Origin: Basidiobolus meristosporus CBS 931.73
Lineage: Eukaryota > Fungi > Basidiobolomycota
Assembly: GCA_002104905.1 (NCBI GenBank)
Contig: MCFE01000608.1
Span: 1-53,433, forward strand
Reading direction: 5' to 3'
DNA: 53,433 nucleotides
The position numbers and the translations under genes were made by a program. Below the pieces are notes generated by a model that worked only from the letters and a program-made list of their open reading frames with translations, did no database searches and was not told the DNA's origin. Shown here piece by piece: positions 23,008 through 34,465 of this stretch (within the stretch, counting starts at the first letter, position 1; each line of letters opens with the position of its first letter).

Positions 23008-23426
23008 TGCGGTGACAATCTCGCCCAACTCAATGCGCTGAAAATGTAGGCAGCCATCACCACACTATTACTGGAAATCTTCAATCAATAAAATTCAAAT
23101 GACATTCTTGTATTTGTTGTCACTAGTGATTAGCTTTAACTGTGTCTCCAGCGCTTTTTACTGGTACATACATGTATCATGATTAGAACTGCGGGCATTA
23201 GTATTTGATATTCACTTACGTACTAAAATACTAACCCAGTCTTTAGTAATGCTACCCTCCACCGAAAAGTATGATATTAGAGAGAATATCTGTCAGTGTT
23301 ACCGGATTGATCTTGGTAACACAAATATTCGAGATTGTCAGACTGGTCAGTGACTGTTAGCATTGTGATATTTCCTTGTATGGTACGTGTAATCATTTTG
23401 TGCAAGCTTTAGGAATATAATAAAAG

Positions 23427-23508
23427 TGATGAGGGTGGGGTTCGAACCCACGCCTCCGAAGAGACTGCGACCTGAACGCAGCGCCTTAGACCACTCGGCC
23501 ACCTCACC
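23427..23508 (-). tRNA. tRNA-Leu(CAG)
   Basis: GGTGAGG acceptor stem, CTGCG-TTCAGGT-CGCAG anticodon arm, long variable arm, GGTTCGAA T-loop; followed by a CTTTT Pol III terminator. Confidence 0.97.
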
Positions 23509-23517
23509 AGCCCATTC

Positions 23518-23827
23518 TGTTATGAATCGAGGGCAAGCGGAGGAGGACCGGAGGATGTCCAATACGAATCAGAGAGGTTATCTGAATAGTTGATGAACCG
23601 GTAAAAGGTTGATGCTTTATTGATAGTGTTCAAAGGAGTTTATATAGAGATAGCCTCGGAGGGAGAGCTTCCGATAACGTAGGGCAAGCTTCCAAAAGGA
23701 GGGTTCAAGATGTATTAAATAACGTGTGTATCACTGAGTGCGATTGATTGTCTGTGTGTAATTCCAGGTGTTCGATCAGTAGTGTTCAAGTGATCGGTAG
23801 TGACTAGTTAGGATTTAAATCATAACA
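23518..23827. mobile_element. Solo LTR family A (310 bp), TSD ATTC
   Basis: TGTTATGA...TCATAACA, flanked by ATTC at 23514-23517 and 23828-23831. Confidence 0.85.
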
Positions 23828-23832
23828 ATTCT

Positions 23833-24058
23833 TGTTATGAAAGTCTGAATCCCGACCAGAACAGGCAGCAAGTTGTCGCATATAGAGATGCGTCAACACC
23901 AAAAATCATCAAAGATGATCAAAGACTGATGGGCTAAAGTAAGACAAGTTGTATGCAAATGATCGAGAAATGTATAAAAAGTAGATCCTACGCTAAAATA
24001 AAGGACAGACCTTGTTACACCAAACAGAAGGACTGGAACTGGCCTGGATTTCATAACA
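23833..24058 (+). mobile_element. Solo LTR family B (226 bp), TSD TTCT
   Basis: TGTTATGA...TCATAACA; appears to differ from 36704-36929 by one base; TTCT on both sides. Confidence 0.9.
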
Positions 24059-24062
24059 TTCT

Positions 24063-24297
24063 TGTCGTAGTATGTACTACCAAGGGTGTTAGCCGGAGAT
24101 TGGTGTTCAAAGGTCGAGGCCGGAAGGAAAGACTACTTTATTTTCTAACGTGTTTTGCTATTTTATACTTTGGTGAACTACGTTTGCTATATGCATGTCT
24201 TAGCCGTTTTGCCTAATTTTAGTAATACTCGACGGATGGTTCAGGGGTAGGTCTCTGGTTGTGATGGTTTGAAGATGCTGATGACCTAACCACGACA
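24063..24297. mobile_element. Solo LTR family C (235 bp), TSD TTCT
   Basis: TGTCGT...ACGACA, flanked by TTCT at 24059-24062 and 24298-24301. Confidence 0.8.
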
Positions 24298-24300
24298 TTC

Positions 24301-24627
24301 TATTACAGAGTAAAGAGTCACTCGATGTTAAGTGACATCAACGCATACAAAGACGACTTAGTAGCCAGGGAAAAGCAAATCAAAGACAAATCACCAGACT
24401 CACAACAAGGTATAAATACCAAACAAGTAACTAAATAAAAAGGGGTTTTTTGGTTATAGGCAGAAGAGCGTAGTAGGAACGAATATTAGTTTGAATATAT
24501 TTCTACAAAGTCACCACCCTAACCTTTTAAGAGATATTCTTACACTACCCCGTCGAATCTACAAGATAACATACACGTTATCCCTTTTCGTACTCTCTAA
24601 AGGACATTACTCTTTAAGTACGTAACA
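24301..24627. mobile_element. Solo LTR family D (327 bp), TSD ATTC
   Basis: T(A)TTAC...GTAACA followed by ATTC; homologous to the segments at 25062, 29926 and 38034. Confidence 0.75.
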
Positions 24628-24632
24628 ATTCA

Positions 24633-24727
24633 TGTCGCAAAGTAAGGAGTTAACAAATGTTAATTGACATTAGCGCATGCAAAGACGACTCAGTAGCCCA
24701 GTAAAGAAGATAAATTGCATATACTCA
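24633..24727. mobile_element. Truncated LTR E (D-related), shared with duplicate B
   Basis: TGTCGCAAAGTAAGGAG...ttgcatatactca, near-identical to 38034-38128. Confidence 0.75.
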
Positions 24728-25440
24728 TAATACCGATCCTTCTCCGCTTACCCTTGATTCATAACAGTTAAGGATCAAGGGCAAGTGGAAAAGGATCGGA
24801 GGATATTTGATAAGCATCGGAGAGGGTGATCTGAATGATTGATGAACCCGTGAAAGGTTGATACTTTATTGATAGTGTTTAGAGGGGTTTATATAGAGAT
24901 AGTCTCGGGAGGAGAGCTTCCGATAACATAGGGCAAGCTTCCAAAAGGAGGGTCCAGGATTTATTAAATAATGTGTGTATCATTGAGTGTGATTGATCGT
25001 CAGTGTGCAATTCAAGGTGTTTGATCAGTAGTGACTAGTTAGGATCTAAATCATAACATTTTGTCACAGGGTAAGAAGCTACTTGGTGCTAAGTAACATC
25101 AACGCATACAAAGACGCCTTAGTAGCCCGGAAAAGTAAAAGAGACAAATCACCGTACTCACAATAAGGTCTAAATACCAATTAAACAATCAAATAAAGCT
25201 CAAGTTTGGTTAGAAGTAGTAAGAACGGTAGATACGATTACGAGTCACCATCATAGCCTTTTAACAGATATTCTCACACTATCCCGTCGAATCTACCACA
25301 TAACATACACGCTATCTATCTACGTACCCCACATCTTATTACAAAGCAAGGAGTCACTCGATGCTAGGTGACATCAACGCATACAAAGTTGACTCCAGGA
25401 CAAAAGGGACAAATCACAATAAGTATAAATATATTCTATC
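24728..25440. mobile_element. Older LTR debris: inverted A terminus (24728-24766), A copy (24767-25058), D-family copies (25062-25440)
   Basis: Sequence similarity to LTR-A and LTR-D; CATAACA end at 25058 and TGTCAC start at 25062. Confidence 0.7.
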
Positions 25441-26386
25441 CTTGATAATGTTAAACGATTGGTGAGTTTTGAATACAAAAACGAGATCCCCTTCACATGA
25501 AAGTTAATTCTAAATCAGAATGCAAGCGTCAAGTTTACCAGAAGCTAAGGTACAATACCTCAGTTCCTCTTACATATTTACCTTGATTATACTGATGACT
25601 GCATCTAGAGCAAGGTCACTTTAGTTGGCGATTCCATATCACTTTCATACGCATTGTCAAGTTCATATTGCTCACACAGGTGATTATTATCAAGTTAATA
25701 TTGCGCATACAGGTGACCAGAACAGCAACAGGGGTCGTTTTATTGTCTGCACCTACCCACAAGTCCTGTTTCATATTTGGCTTGCCTGCACTGACAACTA
25801 GAGTAAACACATAGATGGATTTGCTTGTCATTTCATCTATTGCGCAATAATTGACTGCAGAACTCGGAACAGGGCGACTTGTCTAATTAGAAAATGAAGT
25901 GAACGGCATAGCTTCTGAACTACTGATACTGGCTTGGCTTGGATTTTGTAAGGTTCATGACAAATAGGACAAAACGCACAAATGGGTAACCTGGAATGCT
26001 GGATGAGTAATGTATTAAGTGAAGCTAGCAAGGATTTGACAAGCCATTGACTATAGAGCATATTTACTGAGTTAGGGGCTTACACACTTATCATTGCTTA
26101 GTGATATGCCACCATCAGTATTGCCCCAAATTGCTGCTTACCAAATCAATCTAAACTTCTTGAGCATGACATAAGTTTTTCTATGAAGACTCATGATGAT
26201 TCATTGGCATTGCAGAGAGGAATGCCAGGGATAGAGAGGTGAAGATAGTTCTTGAGACCTTCCGGCCTAAAGAACATGGCTTTGTCACCTTGACGTTTGA
26301 AGTTGATCCTGGTGAAATGACTCTGTGAGCAGTACATATGAAATACCTTAACATCCACAAGAATACTGAAGCCAAGTAATCTTGGT

Positions 26387-26645
26387 GAAGGAGTGAAGAA
26401 GCAGACTGCTGGCATATAGAACTTAGCTTCATCACACAGGCTTCCAATGCTGTCTACCAATGCAAGCATGGACTAGCCCTAATACCCCAACTGGAGAGTA
26501 AGACTTCAATCTTACGACCTTGAATGAGGCTGATATCTCTATTACAGAAGGATACACTATTTGTTCCATACAAACCAATGTTGTGGAGAGAGGACATGAG
26601 TGGCAGTCTTGTATTCAAAGACCAGCAAGAGGCAAAGAGTGAGAC
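26387..26645 (+). pseudogene. Remnant of a YcjY-like alpha/beta hydrolase
   Basis: Nucleotide paralog of 34195-34465 (gaaggagtgaagaagcagactgctggc...gaggctgatatctct...caagaggcaaagagtgag); broken frame. Confidence 0.55.
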
Positions 26646-26652
26646 GCCTGAC

Positions 26653-26849
26653 CTATGCAATTGTATCAAAGTCATTCCCTCCATTGCCATTGCCAACATC
26701 TCCCCTACTTCCGCCGTTACTACAGTCCCTATTTCCAGCACCATTACCACAATTATGCTCGACAATATGTGTATCCATTGCGTCTTGTGCGCTACCATGA
26801 TAACAGCTAAATTTATGAGCCGTAAGATTTGAGGGGCGGACACTCTCAT
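26653..26849 (-). pseudogene. Collapsed paralog of the Gly/Asn-rich secreted gene
   Basis: MRVSAPQILRLINLAVI resembles MKFSAPRILCLLSGLAAI of the 39187-40419 gene; a shifted frame gives GNGAGN...GNGNGGN. Confidence 0.6.
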
Positions 26850-29469
26850 CAAAATTATCAACTGTCCATGCGATATTCTGTGTAGCATTTCCAGTCTTCA
26901 ATCATCAAAAGGTTGGCTAATGTACTGTCCTACTTGAACCAGCTACTCCCTCCAACCTACTTGTTGAGTATAGATTAGCATACGTGTTAATTCTCCTTCA
27001 AAGCCTTCACCACTGTGACGAGAAAATATGGCAACAGTTATAAATGTCTCAGTACTTTGAACCAGAACAGAACTAGTAGCAACGTAATATGTATGTTGCG
27101 TTTCAAGGGTTCATATCTGAAAGACGCACAAGACAGAACATACTTTCCCTCACTTGACCCTTACTTTACAAGCAAGCTATCCATTATGGCAAATTGTACA
27201 CCCAAATTGACAATGGTAGAACTACTCACTTCTGTCATTGGAAAGTGGAGGTAAATGTATAAGCAAAATCACTTATGAGGTTGTTGCTAATTAAACAAAG
27301 CAACGAACAATTGTGCTACAGATTGGTAAAGCTGGGTTGTGTCAAGATTGTATGTTGCAGTAGTCCCAACATTCACTCTGTGTTATAGGCTAGGCAATAT
27401 AGCAACACAGGTAATCACTGGAGTATTCAGCTATTCTTCAACATGTGCTTTACTTCCATAGTAATGAATCTAGACCATGCTCCAAATCAGGTTACCATTG
27501 CCACCCAATCTGCTGTTTGTTTTCATACACTTGCAAATATAGAAGGGCACATTATTGCAGTTTACTATGTGCACAGCATGTTGATTATTGGCCTTGAAGC
27601 TAAAAGCAATGGAGTCCATTACAATTGTTTGATTTTATATTTTACTTTCATTTTGTCTGTGACTATAGAACATAGTTATAACTTGGCTGATACTCATCAC
27701 CAATATTTGGGAGCTTCGGTGTATTTAGGATTGTTGCAATAATGGGGCGGTGCCTCTTTGAGCCGACCTCTTTGAACTTTGAGTTCTTGGTTGTTATCCA
27801 TTCGTCTCACTGTGAGATAGTCGTTGTTGCCTAGTGAGCCACACTCATTTGCATCCACAATCCAAACCACCAAACCTTCATAGCTATAGTTACTCAAGAT
27901 TAATGGCATATTTCATATACTGTATTCTAGACAGACTCTCACCTTCTAATGTTACCAATTGAGTAGAACCCGGGGTAGTGATAAAATAGGTTGGCAAAGT
28001 TTGGGGGTTCCCTCTGACTCATTTCTTTGTTTTGCGTACAAATTCCAATACGAGAAGACTGATTTTCTATAATGCTGAGCACGCTCAAGTGTTATAAGGA
28101 CAAGTTTTCATAATTTAGAAACTAAACGTGTCTCGGATCAGCTTGGGTAGAATGACCTATACTCAATGTGCTAATAAGTATGGTTAATGACTGTTTGTAG
28201 CGGTTATTAAAAAGCAAACATGCATTCCGGGATGAAACAGCCCACAAAGCTAAGGAGCTGCTAAGAGACAGTGATGGGTAATAATTGTGCTATAACCAAG
28301 CTTGTTCCAAGATATCAACTCATGACCAATATTTTGAGCACTTTCAGATGCAGCTCTATAATAGCACTATTTATGATAGCTTGACTCATATCTTAAAACT
28401 TGTTGAGATGATTTGTTGTCCAGTATCACAGATAGCATATTCATGAATGTTGGCTGGCCTGTAAGTCCGGAGCCATATAAAATGTTTTGGGCAGCCTCAG
28501 AAAGCCTTGTACAAGATCAAGCATGGATATTTGGTAAAACCTTGCATAACAACCGCCCACACAATTCCGCAAACTTCCACCTTAATAATCTCTGAGACTT
28601 TAGTATACTGCATCCTTTTTGACTCTGACAAAGTGGTATTGAGACATGATCCACTTAGCTTTATAGCCTAGAAAATGAGCCTCATCTGACAAGCTCCAGA
28701 GCAATTGTGCATTTACTCCAATGGATGAGGAAGCTCTTTCACCAAACAAACTAAGTGACATCTTGAAGGATCTTTTGGTCAAGCATACTAATCCCATCAT
28801 AATGACGATTCTCTTGAGTAATGCTGTCAGCCAAATTACTTTTCAGAAACTCGTCAATATCAAAGACAAGATTGGAACCGATATGAAGAACATCCTGGAA
28901 GTCACCCTTCTGGGACTGAACCGGCTACGCGTCAGCTTCCCACAACCAAAAGTATATTTTATTTTGCGAGGCATGGTCAATCTGAATAAATCAAAATATG
29001 GAGTGGTATTGTACAAAGTTAAATCATACTCGCGCATTTTAAATAATTTTTTAAAAATACCTATGACCCATGCAGAGTTACAGAATGGTAATCTTTCAAT
29101 AATTATTACAAACAGTACAAGCAATTAAAAGGCCAATTTTCCCGCGCAAATACGACAAATATACAATGCTGTATACTGTAGTACTGCTAAAGCACTTGAA
29201 CCAAAACAGCAGAATATAATCATAATATCAGCTGAATTCCAGGTTTCTGTTCAATGTGGCAGTGATTGCACTAATCAGGACTCACAGTATACTGCGCCTA
29301 CAGAAGATACTCAATGAATCCAAAGCCAATCAATTTCCATTGTTCAGTCTATTGGTTGTCTTCAATGTAATAGACGCATAGTAAATCAATTTATGAGAAT
29401 ATTTGCATGGGTTGTACATCTGCTGTACCAGTTTGTATTGATGCTCCAAGTAGCAACTGGCAAGGCAAC

Positions 29470-30098
29470 CAGGTGAAATTAATCTAGCTTGCATAAAGCT
29501 AGCATTAACAAAGGAGTGGGATTGAGGATATAATACAAATATGCAATTTTGCAAGAGACTCCACGTTCATCTTGCTAGTCTCCACCACGCATCATTGCAA
29601 GCAATTTTGACTACCCAACTTGGTGATGCAGACACAAGAATAGCGTCGCTTATTGTTGCGCATAATGACATCACCTGCACTGAAGAGAAGTATGGGTAAT
29701 GGTGATAGAACCCTAAATATACACTGAGGCCAACATTCCAGTGTATGCGTTTTGTATATTACAGGTTTCCTCGATAAAGTCCAAAAGAGAATGTGAAACA
29801 TACGTAATCTGACAAAACTCACTCTGTGCCCTTTGGTATCACAAATATTTAAGATTGTAAGGCTGCTCAGTGACTGTTAGGATCATGATATTTCCTCTTA
29901 TGGTTGCTGCAGCCATTTTTGGACATATAAATACCAATCAAACAATAGAATAAAGGAGTTATTTTGTTAAGAGTGAGAAGGGCGGTAAAATTACCTTGAA
30001 TATATTTCTACAAGATATTCTCATACTACCCAGTTGAATCTACAAGATGACATACACGTTAGTCATTTACGTACTCTTTACTCATTAGTTACCTGACA
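29470..30098 (+). repeat. Third, internally deleted copy of the duplicated segment, followed by an LTR-D 3' fragment
   Basis: Contains, in order, the gene-1 promoter/signal region, the inter-gene spacer and the tRNA 3' flank, then LTR-D sequence ending TGACA|TTCT. The tRNA itself is missing. Confidence 0.7.
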
Positions 30099-31139
30099 TT
30101 CTCCATGAACGTGAAAAGTTTGTAAGTGGTGCACAATATTACAAACACAGCGACTTGAAGGTAGGGGATCAGAATGAGCAAAAATCTAGTTGATTGTCAG
30201 CGTCCAAAACATTTGCGAACTATGCACTAGACCAGATAAGCTTCAGAACAGGTTATTTATATTGCAAGTCCACTTGCCAGACTCCTCTTAAGTATGGGAT
30301 CAATATACTTGATCACTTAGCGGGGGAATAGTGATAAATAAGCCCGATTACAGAGCTGTTGCTTTCAAAGGGAATCCAGATAGGTTTTTGATAAGGGATT
30401 ACACTACAGATCGGCAAAACTGGATTAGGTCAAGAGAACTGGTGGGCTCCTACACTGGGATGTCAGTAAGCCCTTTTGAGCGTCATTTTCAATGTTTGTG
30501 TACTTACTGCATCCAACTGTATAAGAAATGTGTCAATATTGGGAGTTAAATGGACTTAAATGTGATTTTTGGTTTAAGCCAACATACGGTTGTGTTATTT
30601 GATAAACGCAAAACAACTCATATTATAATTTCTCAAGCAAGGGCTTGAAGCGTGCACACAGTAATGGCACTGTTCTTACGCAGTTGGTTACTTCATAGTC
30701 AATATTTGCAGTCTAGAACAGTACATATAATGCATTTATTTTTGTTGCTTCTAATATAATGGGATTGGGCCACGAAATGAGGGAAAATTTTTCTTGATTT
30801 TTTTCCTATAAATAGAGGGCATCTGTGGTTTGGTATTGTTACAACTGTACTTTACAGGATTATGTATATAGCATATTCCCAACAAAGACACCAATGGACG
30901 GTTTGCTCATTCTGACAGCTTGTTGTTACCCAACTATCATTCAATAATCAAATCAAAATGCCAATCTATATTGCCACAAGTTCACATTGAAAAGAAACAT
31001 GCTTAAAATCTTGATTGCAAAATGGTATACTTCTTTGATTACAATTACAGTTTTCTTACCTTTAAAATCAAAATTCATAAATGAATGTACAAGTGGTCAC
31101 ACAACTTTGCATAAAGATCAGTATTGTAACTATCAATCT

Positions 31140-31710
31140 ATTTTTCTAGCTTCTAGCTTGATCCCATAGTATCACAGACACTGTTTCAAAGATACACCCT
31201 AGTGGAGTTCTCCCTCCAGTAGGTCAGATTCAAAAGTGTATGTGTTCTTGTATAAAGATACAATCAAGCCTTTCATTGCTTTATACTACAATCCCATTGC
31301 AATAACTACGGTCAAGGGGTAGGCAGATGCACCAAAGAAGATGCTCAATCCAGAAGAAGAGTACTTGTCACCATTATTCTGGAGATTTCCAACTTAATTC
31401 CCAATAGCTCATCTTATAATTAAGTGTGGAGTTTGCCTGGTGTATTAACACAGGTACTGAAATATTGAAGATGTATGGCTGTTACCATGCCTCTATTTCT
31501 CATCCAAAAAGGCTTCATTGAAAAGAATGAGCAAACATGTGGTGTTATACATTCAGTTTTCTTCCCACCATTGGAGTGATTGTAGCCCCAATGAGGATTT
31601 ATTCCCTCAGCCCACCACTCTAACTACTATGATAATACTTAACCCACAGCTGATGCAGCCCTCCAGAGACTTGAACAGCTTGAATGTTCCAATGTAAAAG
31701 TATGGACTGA
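31140..31710 (+). repeat. Partner of the 18885-19450 block
   Basis: Colinear nucleotide similarity. Confidence 0.8.
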
Positions 31711-32194
31711 TGACCTAATTAAATACTTTGTTGTGCTTTAACTACAACAATACTTGTAGTTGGCATTAGTCCAACAATGAAGAGTACTTACTAATCCATT
31801 GAATGTATTGGTTCCAAACCCCAGACAACTGTGATCAGACCTGCAATCCCACTGCTTCATACTGTTTTTTGGTTTGGGGACCTTAGGAGCACAAAATGAA
31901 TCTTGTGTGACTTACATTGCTCATTTCACCTGAGCTCTTGTGCAGCCTTGAATGACTGCATCAATACAGCTGATAGGATGGCTGACTCTACTCCAGGTAA
32001 TGCAATCATGACAATACCAAAGCTAATTAAAAGTCTCTCAAATGCACTTGTACTAAGCAGTCAAGTTGAGATTTCCAAGGTGTGTTGATATAACAGGTAG
32101 AGTAAAAGCACCTGCCTATAGGCAGAGACACCAAGCAAGCTAGTGTAACAACTCAGGTGACAGGGTATAAGCAAATTTTCTTGGGTATCAGAGC

Positions 32195-32500
32195 TTGTGG
32201 GCAAATTATGCAGTACAAGAGCTTAAGGGTCTTGGGGATATTTGTAATGATTGGAAGAACAAGTAGAACATGTAATCTTTACTCAATTATTCATCAAATG
32301 AAAGGGTTTTACTTATACTTCTAGATGGTTCTGGCTAAGCAAACATCATAATTATGATTAGGAGGGTACTGACAACAAGTGTGCCAAGCTTGGTGCTGTT
32401 TAGACAACTTTCAAACTTCTTATACCCCAGGAACCTATTATTTTGGCAAAATATACCAAGTATTGCTCAGCAAGAAATGTGGCTAGAGCTCTCTAAGATT
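32195..32500 (+). repeat. Copy of the dispersed AT-rich repeat family
   Basis: gtgtgccaagcttggtgctgtttagacaactttcaaa...ttttggcaaaatataccaagta. Confidence 0.6.
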
Positions 32501-33518
32501 TGTATACTATGCTCTTAATGTTTGAGAAGCATTGCAGTTGCATGATCATCAAGAGTGAGATGAGAGGGATGCAAGAAATAATAACAACAGTGTATGTCAA
32601 TCAACTGACCTAATGAAAACTCTTTGACTTGAACTCATCTGATATTCAGCCAGTATTCTGCTGAAACTCAGGTGGTGTCTTCAAGCTTTCAGTTGTAGTT
32701 TTGGATGTAAGTAGTGGGCAGCAGAGTACCAGATTTATTATGAATGCTAGGGGACTTGGTCTCCTCTTGGAAAATATGACTGTTTGTCTGCCCAGGAGCT
32801 AGCACATGAGATACAAAGAGTAGTCCTCTTTGAGAACCTGGTTTCAGCTAAAATTATGATTGTATTCTGCTGATGTTTTTTTAAGTTTTCACTTGGGGTT
32901 AGCTTTGTCACTATGATCTGTCTTGAGTACTACATATGCATAACAATTACTCAAATAAGTGCAACAGTGCACTAAAGGCATCAAAATATTTAGCTGCTCA
33001 ATAATATCCATACACTACCTTTCTACAATAGTTGCAAGGAGCTTTGCAGCTTCTATCAAAGGTACATTGCACATTGACAGCATCAGTTTTGAAGCCATAG
33101 CTGCTTATTCATTTCAAGACCAAACTAACCAAAGATGCTCCTTGAATACCTTTGGTAGCTGTCCTTGAGTTGGAGATCAGTATTCTAGGATACTGGAGGT
33201 ATTCTGGCAGATAGTACTATATCCAGGGATTAGATTATCAAAGCAGTAAGTATAAAATATTACTACTTTCAATAATACATAGTATCCATATATATTTATA
33301 TGTTTAGGAGTCTATGTGGAATCCACAAGGCATTCTATTCAGTTAATAAGCCAAGAGAATATGACTAGGTGACATGATGTTTTCAGTTGTATGCTTACCT
33401 ACTAGATGGTATCCACACTAAGCTCTTGGACACAGAAGGTTACAAACATGCTTAGGGTTAGGGTTAAATTTCCAGTCGGTGATAGCAATATTTATTTCAT
33501 ACAATATCCGCAAATACT

Positions 33519-33821
33519 CTAAAATTTGGTACATTTGCCACCGAAATGATTCTGTGCGGCTATGACCTCATTATAGCTTTCTTCCACACTACAGAGAATG
33601 GTCGTATCACAATTTGCATTGCGTCTCATTTCTCTGGTACTACAGTATTTACGAGTGATATCCCAGTCAGAAAAGCAGTTCTGTTGCTCAATAGTCTCCA
33701 AATCCTCAAGTGCAGTGGGAGTACTAGTAACCCTCTTGAGTACGTAGCAGTGGTTTTCCAGTGCCGCCATAACAGCAGTTAGCTCCAGAGTAAGAGTAAT
33801 AAGTAGGATCTTGAATTGCAT
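33519..33821 (-). CDS. Small secreted cysteine-rich protein (100 aa, 6 Cys)
   Basis: MQFKILLITLTLELTAVMA signal peptide; six Cys in the mature part; TATAAAA ~35 bp upstream (33857-33863, minus strand). Confidence 0.75.
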   Translation of the reverse strand: MQFKILLITLTLELTAVMAALENHCYVLKRVTSTPTALEDLETIEQQNCFSDWDITRKYCSTREMRRNANCDTTILCSVEESYNEVIAAQNHFGGKCTKF

Positions 33822-34156
33822 GTTGATGAGGTTTGCTTGGTTGTCCACGTAGAATATTTTATAGGTGTCAACATGCAGGAGGGTTTAGGAGAACCTCTGG
33901 AGAAAACCGGTCATATTCTAGTTGAGGCAAAGAGAAGATGGTGAAGGAAATGTTGCGTACCTGAATCATAAGTATTATCATTATCAGAACTGATTTGTTC
34001 GTAATACAATGCAATCTTATAGGGTTAGAGCAGCTCAACAGAGTCAAGAAATCTTGTAACAGGTTCATTGTCTTGCCATGATAAAGGTAAAAGCCAAATG
34101 TTGGCCCCTAAGTGTCCGCTCACCTCAAGTGACTCCGGTGAAGTGATACTAATGCA

Positions 34157-34465
34157 GTGCCTTTGACTCCCCGAGAATACGGTCTAAAAAGCAATCCTGA
34201 TGGAGGAGTGAAGGAACAGACTGCTGGCCTTTACATCGAAAAATTGGCCAAGCTTGGCTTCATTACCCTGACTTTCGATGTCGCCAACCAAGGCAAGAGT
34301 GAAGATCCCAACCAAAGAGTGGAGGACTTCAATCTAACTACCTTGGATGAGGCTGATATCTCTGCTTCAGGAGGATACGCCACTTGTGCCGTACAAACCG
34401 ATTTTTTGGGGAAAAGGTATGCATGGCAGTCATTTATTCAAAGACTTGCAAGAGGCAAAGAGTGA
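34157..34465 (+). pseudogene. YcjY/dienelactone-hydrolase-like alpha/beta hydrolase remnant
   Basis: PDGGVKEQTAGLY.EKLAKLGFITLTFD.ANQGKS...PNQRVEDF...ISASGGY resembles the bacterial-type PGGGVKEQTAGLYA..LA..GF.T.AFDA.YQG.S family; internally deleted and truncated. Confidence 0.75.

Larger units (their letters stand above)
21075..23517 (+). repeat. Segmental duplication, copy A (partner ~34565-36701)
   Basis: Colinear upstream block, secreted gene 1, secreted gene 2 and tRNA-Leu. The shared LTR-E (24633 / 38034) lies beyond the LTR stacks. Confidence 0.9.

Noticed and set aside
25616-25831. Possible secreted Cys-rich gene on the minus strand (MTSKSIYVFTLVVSA..., DPCCCSG in a shifted frame)
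   Set aside because: Frames are broken and there is no paralog in the window to anchor it; too weak to call.
28721-29128. 135-aa ORF as a real or viral gene
   Set aside because: No recognisable motif, and the upstream frame is riddled with stops; left unannotated.
33452-33466. Short TTAGGG-like tracts (also ~9109 and ~43878)
   Set aside because: Only about two units each, which is compatible with chance or repeat debris; not a telomere.
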